A stretch of DNA of 64,000 bases, from assembly GCF_947568905.1 (NCBI RefSeq), contig NC_079171.1, positions 57,474,001 to 57,538,000 of the forward strand, written 5' to 3'. A program made the translations under genes and the position numbers. Shown piece by piece: positions 53,011-64,000 of this stretch. Each line of letters opens with the position of its first letter. Within the stretch, counting starts at the first letter, position 1. A model generated the notes under the pieces. The model was given only the letters and a program-made list of their open reading frames with translations. It was not told where the DNA came from and searched no databases. This stretch comes from Ostrea edulis (taxonomy: Eukaryota).

Positions 53011-54367
53011 AAATGTCAAGAATAACGTTGCGGGTACTGGTTTTTTTTTTTATTTGATTTCATTCTCAAAAATGAATTTATTCGCAATATACAACATGCA
53101 CAAGGATCCAGAAAGTTACTGAAATCAATGTTGAAGATCAAGACTGATGGATAAATATGACCTCTGGTTTAGCATGCATCTGTAGTCTACACAAAATGCT
53201 CAAATGTTGATCATTTGATCACATTCGTCCACTTTTTTAATGTTGATGGTTACCTGTGAACAATTTTTTTTAAAGTACTCCGCACTTTAAATTTGTGTAC
53301 ATATTTATGTATATATTTCACTTTGTTTATTTGCATACCTATATATATTCCTCTGACTTTACTTGTATTGATACATGAAACTGTATTGTACCCCATGTAC
53401 CATTTCCATTGTGGTTTGAGCGAATAAATTGAATGAATGAAAGTTTTAACTCAATAGTACATGACACATAGCCTATTCCATCAGCATCGGGTGTTTGGGC
53501 AAGAACAATACAAGAACTAGACAATGAAATCGTGTACACGTGTTCTGGCTTAGTAAGCATGAGACAGACAGTGCGGAACCAAACTTATTTTTCTGATACG
53601 TTGATGAAAGGATAAACTAATGGCTAACACTGGCAATGAAGTTTTAAACTATCTTACGGCTATGATTTATGGAGCTTGTGTACTTATCGCGCTCAGGTAA
53701 CTTAAGATTATGTAACATCAAAGTGCATTAGCTAGACTGTTTTGCTTTTTGTGTAAAACCTCTTCATTTTCCTTCTCAGCTGAATTAAACTTTCCTTTGA
53801 ATTATATTTCTGTTTACACATAATGTTGCACAGATTCTAAAGACAAGTTATTTGACAAAGTGTTTGTACAAGTATTCTAACTTCGCTCGTTCTGGCGTGA
53901 TTTTACATGTATAGTCGAATATGTTGGATAAGATATTGACTTTTCTATGATCATAAACTTGTGTTTACTTAGTCCTTATAACAATCCTATCTAAGTGTTT
54001 GTGGTAGAATGCACCTTTTTATTTTGTATTGCTGATATGACACCATCAAACTGAATCCTTGTTTAAATCGCAGTTTCCATATCATATGTAAGTATGTAAT
54101 TAATTCATCCTTGGTTTCATAAAGTTCATGTTGCAATTGTAACCAAAAATTAATTTCAAAAAACGTCACATTTTGATAAACTCTTCGCATGTCTTAGATA
54201 ATCTTTCAAAGTTTTGACTATACTTTTCATTACAATGTTAACTTCAGTTTTCTTTTTCGTGTATGTATTGTTCTTTGTTTAGTTTGTTTTACATGTAAAG
54301 TGCTTTAGGGGTAATTAATTTGTTGATTATATGTATAGGCGCTATATAAATGTTCAACAATGATAAA

Positions 54368-54406
<39 letters not shown>

Positions 54407-54998
54407 CACTGAAAAGGCCACAACACTGTTGGTTATTTAAAACTCGAATTTTCGACGCAACCCGCGTCTTTATCAAGAGACATATATTACATAAACAAAT
54501 AACACGCAAAAACGACAAGTATCGATAAACTACATTGGTGACAAGAGTGATACACTGTTGTACTGAGTGATAGAAATGGTGGTGGTTTCGTTGTAAAGCG
54601 TGTTTACTGTCTTTGGTTTAGAGAGTTTGTACCATGGTCGGGTCGCGATGAAAATAGAATTATAATTGAAAATTTCAGAAATCAGATAAATTTAGAGGGA
54701 AAACTTACAAAACAATGTGATTATGGAATAAAATGGTGGGAAGATAATGATATGGACTGATTAAGTTCAAAACAATATTAGGTAGGCCGTACCATTGATG
54801 ATTCGGATATGGTGAACAGCGAAAAATAATGATTTCTAGAAGAACACGATCCAACACCAAACAAGGTCAATCAAAAGACACAGATCTAGCATTAAAATCA
54901 AAATCAACAATCAAATAGGTGAATGGGAGAGAAGTCTAAGGAAAAAGATACAGTATTATTTTTCAAGGTAATACATCTTTCAAGGTCAGACAAATTAA

Positions 54999-57033
54999 AG
55001 CTGACATGAATTAATAAATATAGTATGCAATGTGAAGATAACGAACAGTGATCAATCTCATAACTCCTACAAGCAATACAAAATAGATAGTTGGGCAAAC
55101 ACGGACCCCTGGACACACCAGAGGTGGGATCAGGTGCCTAGGAGGAGTAAGCATCCCCTGTTGACCGGTCACACCCGCCGTGAGCCCCATATCCTGATCA
55201 GGTAAACGGAGTCATCCGCAGTCAAAATCAGTGTGCCAAGAACGGCTTAACAATCGGTATGAAACACGTCAGACAGCATTTGACCCAATACGAGGTTGTA
55301 TTGACGAACTAGATCGTTTTAACGACCATAGAATTTGCGAAATGCTGACTTCAATCGAGACTGTTGAAATCCCTGTACCATCAACTTGTTTGTCAGTAGC
55401 TTACCTCGATTTAAAAACTGACTATACCCAGAACAAGCTCATGCAAGGTGAAGATAACGAACAGTGATCAATCTCATAGCTCCTACAAGCAGTACAAAAT
55501 AGATAGTTGGGCAAACACGGACCCCTGGACACACCAGAGGTGGAATCAGGTGCCTAGGAGGAGTAAGCATCCCCTGTTGACCGGTCACAGCCTCCGTGAG
55601 CCCCATATCCTGATCAGGTAAACGGAGTTATCCGCAGTCAAAATCAGTGTGCCAAGAACGGCTTAACAATCGGTATGAAACACGTCAGACAACATTTGAC
55701 CCAATGCGAGGTTGTATTGACGAACTAGATCGTTATAACACATATCGAATCAGTTGAGATATATAAACACCATATGCAGGTGATAATGGAATATTGCTAC
55801 ATAAATGTGGGAAGTTGACGATGGAGAAGCTGAAATCATCCCGTTTGTCATACAGTTGAGTTGTTAGTTTGCCGTTAATGTCTACTTTCAATAAAATATC
55901 TAAGTATGAAGCAGAAGTGGACGACTCTGTGGTGTCCTTTATTTCGAGCTCACAGGGATATATCAAATCGACATATGAATGAAAGCTATCATTGTTAATA
56001 GACAAAACGTCATCGATATATCTAAAAGTCGAATTGAAGGTCACAGCGAGAGATTTTTTCTTCTCACATAGAAGTTTTTGAATAAATTCTGCTTCATATG
56101 AATATAAAAACAGGTCAGCTAACAAATGTAATAATTCTATATGTCCGCCATATTTCTCTGCTAACCCGCCATATTAGTTGGAATTTCTATTGTTATATGT
56201 ATCAGGGTTCGCATGGTATATAAGGGGACGAGCTTTGCTACGCTTCACTTCACATCAGTGTCTTCGATTTACCTGTGCGGGTAGCTTCGACAGGTAACAC
56301 GTACATCTCCAATACTAATTTATAGGACATCAAGAAGAAATGAAATCACGCTTTGGAATACCACGCAGTACTCAAAATTATAATAAACATATCGTACAGT
56401 AATAAATCATTCTAAATATATATATTTGGATAAATATATATAGAATGCCTTTTCTTTACGTGAACGTGCGTACATTTGCAGTAAATATGTCAAAACTATA
56501 CAAATATGCGGACAAATATTTCATCTTTTATCTATTGATAAAATGGAATAAGCAAAGAGTATACAATCTATACCATTCACAATTACTTCAAGTAAAAGGC
56601 AAAGACATAAATACTACTGTACTTATAAAAATGGCATGTATGCTCGCCATGAATACGCATCGAATGCGGACAACTATTTACCTGGGCCTACTCGTAATAT
56701 CTGTAAAGGACCGCAGATGTACGTGTACATTTGTCGAAAATACTCTAAGTAGTAGTAAAACTCCCTTTATTTGCATAACCCATGAAAAAATACGATAAAC
56801 TCCATTTGCATTCCCACAGTAAACAACATTGTCCATTGTACAGACTGCGACACACTTAGCCCGTGCCGATCAGCTATCTTCATTCAGGGGAAGTATCAGA
56901 GTATAATATTTACCCTGTATTGTGCATGAATCCTTATACCATATGATTTACTGGTCAGAGTATTGCAGATTTATAAATCAGGAAATCATTTAGGTACATA
57001 AATTTGCATATACAACACTGCACGAGTGTATGG

Positions 57034-57092
<59 letters not shown>

Positions 57093-58541
57093 CGATAATC
57101 TTGTATTAATCGTGCTCTTATTAAGACAAATGATATCGTTAATTCAATAAAAAGAGAACAGTACTAGTAACTCAATATTGCTCTCATTAATTGATAATAC
57201 AGATTTATTTGATTCATTTAAAGCACGCAATAATTAAAAATTAAACATATTTTTAAATAATGTTATTTTCAATTACTTCATTTTATGCTAATTTGGCGCT
57301 CAATAGATCTTATATATCTATGCCATTTTGCGTTATTACATTCTGCGTTGAACTCGACTCAAATTATACTAATGCAAAATGTAATAATCGAGTTGATCAT
57401 ATTATGCGTCGTTATCAAACATCAAGGGCAGAGGACAAGAGTGTCTGTCACCCACCTTTAATAACAATATCCATTTTTTGTTAGTTTGTAATGCAAATAA
57501 AAGATACATTGAGTGACAACCCCTCCCCCACTTACCCCAGCTTGAAAGTTCTGATATAATAGTAGAAGACACACACCACCACTAATTAAGAAAATGAAGA
57601 TATGAGGCACTCATAGTAGAGGACTCTAACCACCCTCATCCGACCCCTAATGATTGAAGAAAATGAAATGTAGGGGGAAATTATTGAGGTAGCCAAAGTA
57701 AAAGACTCTTTAACCCTTCACCCCCACATTAGGACTTCGAACATCGGACAAAACATCTTGGTTTGTTTGGGTGTTTTGTTTTATATTATTGCTGTTTTCG
57801 TTCATCTTTTTTAATAATTATTTTGAATGGCAAGAGATTTTGAAGAATCCAATTTTCCATTTTCCCCCTGTTGTAACCCAACCCCCCCCCCCCCCCCGAA
57901 AAATGACGATACATGTCTGGTTATTACATGTACATTTTGCTTTGAAACACATGCATGTATACTAATTGTATGGTCATGTAGAATTGCACCCTTTACCAAG
58001 TTTTCCTTCATTTACACAGTGTAAGGAATGGTAAACCAAAATCACAAAACAAAATGCATAAAGACCAAGATATTTTCAAGCGTAGGAACTTCATTCATGA
58101 ATACATAAATACATGTATTCAGAAAAATCGCATGCAGGACTATAGCATTTGTGTGTTTTAACGTTTCTGTAACATGCCATAATGATTACTTTGAGGCTTG
58201 AGTGTAATTTATTCATAAATATTTTCATTTCATAGATCTGGCGCAATGGCCATACCGCTGTACGTAGAAATTTAAAATTCAAATGTATTCGATAAGATGT
58301 TAGTATGCATAAATCAGTAAAATTCGTGTTGAGGTTTTATTTGATATGATACAATGTCAATATACTGTAATGCATTAGTAGGATATGCAAAAGGCAAGAG
58401 TATAAACATTTTCTTTTTTCATTATCAGTATCAATATCTATATGATCACGAAAAAAAAAACATTATATAATTATATAATTTATATCCGGATTCATTTATA
58501 CCGATTTAGATATCAATAAAAACAAAGCTGTATAGTTTGGG
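54999..58541 (-). mobile_element. Second, inverted and truncated copy of the Kolobok-like element, containing a PLE insertion
   Basis: TTAA-AGCTGACATGAATTAATAAATA at 54995. 56131-58541 is the reverse complement of ~39945-42640. Confidence 0.85.
55027..56130 (-). mobile_element. Penelope-like element, partial-tandem insertion
   Basis: RT ORF 55733-56125 (LADLFLYSYE...FRYIDDVL...SNIPLSPAYGVYISQLIRY). The 3' end is present twice (55027-55440 and 55441 onward). Splits the tagtat|aattctatat sequence of a Kolobok-like end. Confidence 0.9.
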
Positions 58542-59778
58542 AGAATTTTGGCGATTAGGCTATGGAAACTGATTTTAACTAGAGATTTATCCTGGATTCA
58601 TGCGCTTGAAATCATTCAAATTATTCATTCCACCTGGACGGAATTATTTCAAACGGTGCATCCAGGATTTTTCTGTGCTCTTTCACCCGATAATATATCT
58701 TATTTTGTTTGATTAATATAAATACAATTCGTTTCCCCGGTTTCAAGGCTCTGACCTTGAGTTCCTTTATTTAACCTTGAGTTCCTTTATTTAGCCATAA
58801 CGAGGATTCCTAAAATTGCGATTATTGTTTGACCTTCAATACTTCCCAATTATGTTAGAACATCATAAGAAATCATTACAATATGAATTTATATAGCTCT
58901 TTCTCCTTCTCTCCCTTTCATATTCTAGTCTCGACATTGCGGCTTTTTAAAATAAAGGAAAAAATGAATTGACCCTGAAGACGAGTATTCTATTAATATA
59001 TCATCTTAAGACCTCTAAACTATGGTAAAACATTATTCTAAATCCACATAGGTTCGGATTCGCATGGCTCTTTGTGTTGCGATGACGGGGTTTCTAGAAT
59101 GCGGCTTTAATTTGTCTGACCTTGAAAGATGTATTACCTTGAAAAATAATACTGTATCTTTTTCCTTAGACTTCTCTCCCATTCACCTATTTGATTGTTG
59201 ATTTTGATTTTAATGCTAGATCTGTGTCTTTTGATTGACCTTGTTTGGTGTTGGATCGTGTTCTTCTAGAAATCATTATTTTTCGCTGTTCACCATATCC
59301 GAATCATCAATGGTACGGCCTACCTAATATTGTTTTGAACTTAACCAGTCCATATCATTATCTTCCCACCATTTTATTCCATAACCACATTGTTTTGTAA
59401 GTTTTCCCTCTAAATTTATCTGATTTCTGTAATTTTCAAGAATAATTCTATTTTCATCCCGACCCGACCATGGTACAAACTCTCTAAACCAAAGACAGTA
59501 AACACGCTTTACAACGAAACCACCACCATTTTTATCACTCAGTACAACAGTGTATCACTCTTGTCACCAATGTAGTTTATCGATACTTGTCGTTTTTGCG
59601 TGTTATTTGTTTATGTAATATATGTCTCTTGATAAAGACGCGGGTTGCGTCGAAAATTCGAGTTTTAAATAACCAACAGTGTCGTGGCCTTTTCAGTGCT
59701 TTTATAAATTTCTTTACCGGCCTTGTATCTTCTCAGATCCGACACTTTAAGAAAGTGGGGTGTTGTTGGGTTTTTGTG

Positions 59779-59830
<52 letters not shown>

Positions 59831-59884
59831 AAATAATAGCTCTAAAACTTCATTGTTATTTCGGATTTCAAACATTTCGGTTGA

Positions 59885-59928
59885 GCATCACTGAAGAGAC
59901 ATTATTTGTCGAAATGCACATCTGGTGC
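59885..59928 (+). ncRNA. Minimal type I hammerhead ribozyme inside a dispersed repeat (59833-59957)
   Basis: GCATCA-CTGAAGA-GAC attattt GTC-GAAA-tgcaca-TC^-TGGTGC. Stem I pairs (one G-U), core CUGANGA/GAAA, 3-bp stem II, near-palindromic stem III, UC cleavage site. Confidence 0.75.
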
Positions 59929-60005
59929 ATCAAAATTGGTACTGTGCAAGTTTTACATATAGTAATATCATCTGATTATTTATTACAACAAAAATAGGTT
60001 TGAAG

Positions 60006-60259
60006 ATGGACGCTCTCGGGCTGCAATTTCACACAGACGATTCTTTGAAGGACTGTGTCCGACGAATGTACGAAAATCATCTCGATACCGGTGACGTCAT
60101 ATTCAGAGTCGGTAAAGATGGCAGTGAAGTGAGGGTTCACAGGTTTATGCTGATGTGCCGAAGCAAAGTATTTTTCTCAATGTTCACAGGACAAGGCACC
60201 CCTGGAAAACCCTTAAGGATACCTAACATCAGAAGGGCTGCATTTTTACAGTTTGTGGA
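60006..60259 (+). CDS. First coding exon of a second BTB/POZ paralog (remainder not seen in the window)
   Basis: MDALGLQF...HLDTGDVIFRVGKDGSEVRVHRFMLMCRSKVFFSMF...FLQFVE. Same 254-nt coding length and the same phase-2 GA|gtaagt donor as 34728-34981. Confidence 0.8.
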
Positions 60260-61989
60260 GTAAGTCATAGTGGATCATCTTGTGACAATAATCTTATCAC
60301 TTTGTCTTACACTAGTTCTGTATGTTTAAATTGGTTAGTAATCATGAAAAGGTGAAGATAACGAACAGTGATCAATCTTATAACACTATAAAAACTGCAG
60401 AATTGAGAATAGGGCAAACACGGATCACTGCACAAGCCAGAAATGGGATCAGTTGCCGAGAAGAAATGATCATCCCCTGCTGATAGTGGTTGTAGGTACT
60501 GCAATCTCTCAGATAATTTGAATGATCTCAATGATATTCGGATTATATTTAATGAAGGTTATGTTATAATGACGTGTACCAGTTTTGTGTTTTGGGTGAG
60601 AACCTTCTTGTACTTAAATACCGCTTACTTTATATTAAAGGTTTATTTTTATTCTTCTTTTCTCTAAAATTACAAAAAGAAAGTACATGCAATATGATAT
60701 TTTATCTATCAGAATATTCTCGTGAATTAACATTCCATTGATTTGTGCACATTGAGGGAGCGGTCATTTATCCTATGAATATGTTCATTTACTGGTAGAA
60801 ACAGCATTTACAAAATAGCAATAGTGAATACACAATTTACAACATAGGAATAATAATAATATAACAATAACAATAAACGTATTACAACGCTGAATACCGA
60901 AATGAAGCAACATAGCAATGAAAATAAAGCGTTACTACAACAACACTGAAGATCTTAGAGGTAAGAACATTTTCTTATCAAACGAGAGATCCAGGGGATG
61001 CTTACTCCTCCTAGGCACCTGATCCTACCTCTGGTGTGTCCAGGGGTCCGTGTTTGCCCAACTATCTATTTTGTATTGCTTGTAGGAGTTATGAGATTGA
61101 TCACTGTTCGTTATCTTCACCTTGCATCCAAGGTTCGAACCCCTGTTTTACATCTTGGCCCCGTCAAACCTAGTACGTAACTTTAGATAGGTTAGGACCG
61201 CTCCCTTGTCAATCGATCGACATTACGACGCTACAGACGAGAATCAGTCAGTATCATCCGATATCTTTGCGTTGGAAAGATAAACAACTACAGCGAACCT
61301 GAAAGTCATGCACCTGTCAAAAGTGGCACTTCAAAAAAATTTGCAACATCTCGATATCAGTAAATAAAACAATCACTGGATACAATATGCACAATATAAT
61401 ATTATGTCAACAGTAAATACCAAAGAGCAAGTTAAGCCCAAATTTTCGACTCAAAATTAGGGTAAACCTAATATGAGGATTCACTTGGTTTAATAATTAT
61501 GATTATGCACTAGGGCATTGGCCCTGATGATGCATGTCAATATTAGTGATGCAATATGTTCTGTGACGTCATTTTCGTCATCTGCGATTGACAAGATTTA
61601 CCGAAATCAGCGAAATTGGCTGTTTTTATGCCTTTAAAACCATTTTTAATATAAAGTATCAACCATTAAGATGTTTTGTGTGCACTTTAATCATGTTGAA
61701 AGTCAGTAATGAGCAAAATGTCTACGTGGTTGATAAATGCGCAGATTATCAAATTTAATTTAAACCGTTTCCCGCGTGTTGAAAACTGTGGAACTACAGT
61801 GACCCGCTAAACATGGCAACACTTCAAAATTGAACATTTTTGGATTGAACTGAAAGATTTCCGAATAAGAATATAAAAAGTCCATCTCCCTCCTTCTAGA
61901 GAGTAGTTCTAAAATACTCAACTGCATCAAATGAAATTTAGTAAACATCCTTTTCCTTCTCAAACTCTTCAACACAAACTTCTAGCTTT

Positions 61990-64000
61990 ACTAGTTTGAC
62001 TAATTTGACTAGTCCACAAGGAAATAACGTGAATGTGATGGGACTCTTTCCCAATAACCAAAGACGGAAACGCAGTCATGGACATCGTTCATATAAAAGA
62101 CCAAGTATAAATGATGTCACGTTTGATTCACGTTTGCCTAACATCAACAGACAATTAGGTTCACATCATATTCGTACAAAACTTTACTCTGTTTCATTGA
62201 GAGTTTTACATACGTTATTTGAAGAAGCTATGGCTAGTCTATACTTGGATTTTTCAACACCTGAATATAGACTGAACTCTATGATTATGGATGTTGCCCA
62301 TCACAGGCTCTTTAAACCAGCACGGACCATTGACGCTATTCCTTTCCAAATCTTGCCGCCAGTTCCTTAAGCTCCAATTTACAAACAAAAGAATAGATGC
62401 CGTCAACATAAGCAACATTCTTCGCCATAAAAGGGTTTAGTCGTGTACATGTATTCCAACTTATTTCAAGTTCAAGTCTACACTCTGTATTTGCTACAGC
62501 TATACTTCTACTAATGCATCCAAACTCTTTAATTATAAACAAACTTTGCAGTGCCTAGATATAGACCATTTTATTGTAATCCACCAACATGTTCTTGTTC
62601 TTCATCTTCTTTCAACTATAGTCCAGCTGGACATGTCATTACTGGTGATGTTGATACAGTTAAAAATTAGGACCTCAAATCACTTATTCTAAAAGGTCCT
62701 AAATACAGAGAACCTCGGAGTACCTGTAAAGTGCGAAACGAAACGAAACGAAATCTACCGAAACAAAACGAAATCTACCGAAACCAAACCAAACCCACCG
62801 AAACGAAACCTACCGAAACGAAATGAAACAGATTGTACATGTATAACCGAACTTTTTAATTATAATAATTAAAGCCCAAAGCGTACATCAAAGGGGAGGC
62901 AAATTTTATTTATATGTGGTAACTTTCACAGGGGGCTAAAATACCATTTTTAATTATTATAATTAAAAGAGTTCGGTTGTACAATGTTTCGCTTCGTTTC
63001 GGTAGGTTTCGTTTCGTTTCAGTGGGTTTCGTTTCGTTTCGGTAGATTTCGTTTCGATAGATTTCGTTTCGTTTCGATTTACTTTCGCACTTTACAGGTA
63101 CCCAGAAGCTCGGTCTTTTAATTGGCGACAGAACTTTATCTCTATTATGAATTTTGTCGAAGATTATGCCAGACGATGGGCTAAATATGAAAAAGAAGAA
63201 CTTGATACATTGTCAGAATGGGTTAAAAGCATAAGAAGAATATTAACATCCCGCATTCGACATATGAAAACAAAAGTACAGACCATCTATCCTTCTGTGT
63301 TTAGTAAACCAGAAATGATAAAAGAATTAGATAGGTTACATGAGGAATATGTTTTGGTTCCAGCTGACAAAGCTAGTAACAACATTGTCTTTGTTTGTAA
63401 GGCTCAGTATTACAACTGTATTTTCAACGAACTTGGCATGAATTCCACTTTTGGTAATCGTACTTATTCTCCAACTGCCCTTTCAAAAGATGAAATTCTT
63501 CAAAACTATGCCTCAATTTTAGACACATTTGATATCCCAGTCAATGGGTCGAATGAATATGAGCTACCGTACCTATACTGGATTCCTAAACTACATAAAA
63601 ACCCTTACAAACAAAGATACATTGCTGGATCCAGTAAGTGCTCTACCAGGCCCCTATCTTTGCTCCTCATGAAAATATTAACAGCTGTGAAGGAGAAACT
63701 GCAAACGCACTGTGCGACTACATATGCCAAAAGTGGTGTTAATCAAATGTGGATTCTAAAAATTTTTAAAGACCTTTTAGTAAACTTGGAATCGCAGTAT
63801 TTTTTCCAAATCAATAACATTAAAACCTATGACTTATCAACACTATACACGACCAGTCCTCGCGATAAATTAAAGACTAGACTTTTTGATATCATAGACA
63901 GTTGCTTCTTCAACAAAAATGGAAAACGGAAATATCCATATCTAGTGATCAGTCATTCAAAAACTTACCTTGTTAAGCACCACTCTGATTCCACGCACAA
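61990..64000 (+). mobile_element. Penelope-like (Naiad-type) retroelement, 5'-truncated, runs off the window
   Basis: Frames NVNVMGLF...RKRSHGHR...HHIRTKLYS, then GHVITGD...KGPKYREPR, then an open frame 63114-64000 (~295 codons; LVPADKASNNIVFVCK, LPYLYWIPKLHKNPYKQRYIAGS, KTYDLSTLYT) that the ORF track does not list. Naiad assignment is from recalled motifs, not a search. Confidence 0.85.
62718..63103. mobile_element. Foldback MITE, Mutator-like
   Basis: ~160-bp TIRs starting G(A/G)GTACCTGTAAAGTGCGAAA with internal (CGAAA)n subrepeats. 9-bp TSD agaacctcg / agaagctcg (62709-62717, 63104-63112). Confidence 0.85.

Larger units (their letters stand above)
54369..59825. repeat. Long inverted repeat pair (54369-54998 and 59107-59825) ending in (TA)n
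   Basis: 54405-54998 is the near-exact reverse complement of 59107-59700. Each arm carries a hammerhead-like motif near its outer end. Confidence 0.75.

Noticed and set aside
54904-55467. ORFs MSRGPCLP..., MLTPPRHL... and similar short ORFs recurring across the window
   Set aside because: Translations of non-coding Penelope-like ends, not genes.
61520-61560. CTGATGA followed by a TGCAT/ATGCA stem (possible hammerhead)
   Set aside because: No GAAA after the stem.
61740-61990. Possible degenerate GIY-YIG endonuclease upstream of the PLE ORF
   Set aside because: Only a faint resemblance (QHF...RIRI*KVH), multiple stops, no GIY or YIG motif.

Overview
AT-rich, repeat-dense, intron-containing animal DNA. 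The gene and repeat families point to a bivalve mollusc, most likely an oyster (inference). The left 14 kb holds four tandem + strand spliced genes for secreted spongin short-chain collagen / collagen IV NC1-related proteins ('short-chain collagen C4-like') with no Gly-X-Y repeats. These genes show exon mosaicism, repeat expansions and one stop-loss copy. On the - strand, 15-31 kb carries four apparently paralogous first coding exons of an unidentified gene. Three are exactly 29 nt, and all end in a [SA]-[RK]-x-[ST]-F-x motif at a phase-2 donor. No common downstream exon was found in the window, so the collagen-like cluster may sit inside that gene's intron. On the + strand there is a two-coding-exon BTB-BACK gene (34728-46963) with a 10.9-kb intron full of nested transposons, plus the first coding exon of a paralog (60006-60259). 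Mobile DNA includes many Penelope-like (probably Naiad-type) fragments, a dispersed ~350-nt repeat carrying a minimal type I hammerhead ribozyme, Kolobok-type TTAA elements, Helentron/pearl-like elements, tRNA-derived SINEs, an RTE LINE, a Mutator-like foldback MITE and several minisatellites. No CRISPR array, rRNA gene or intact tRNA gene was found. All coordinates were counted by eye; alignments and searches still need to be run.
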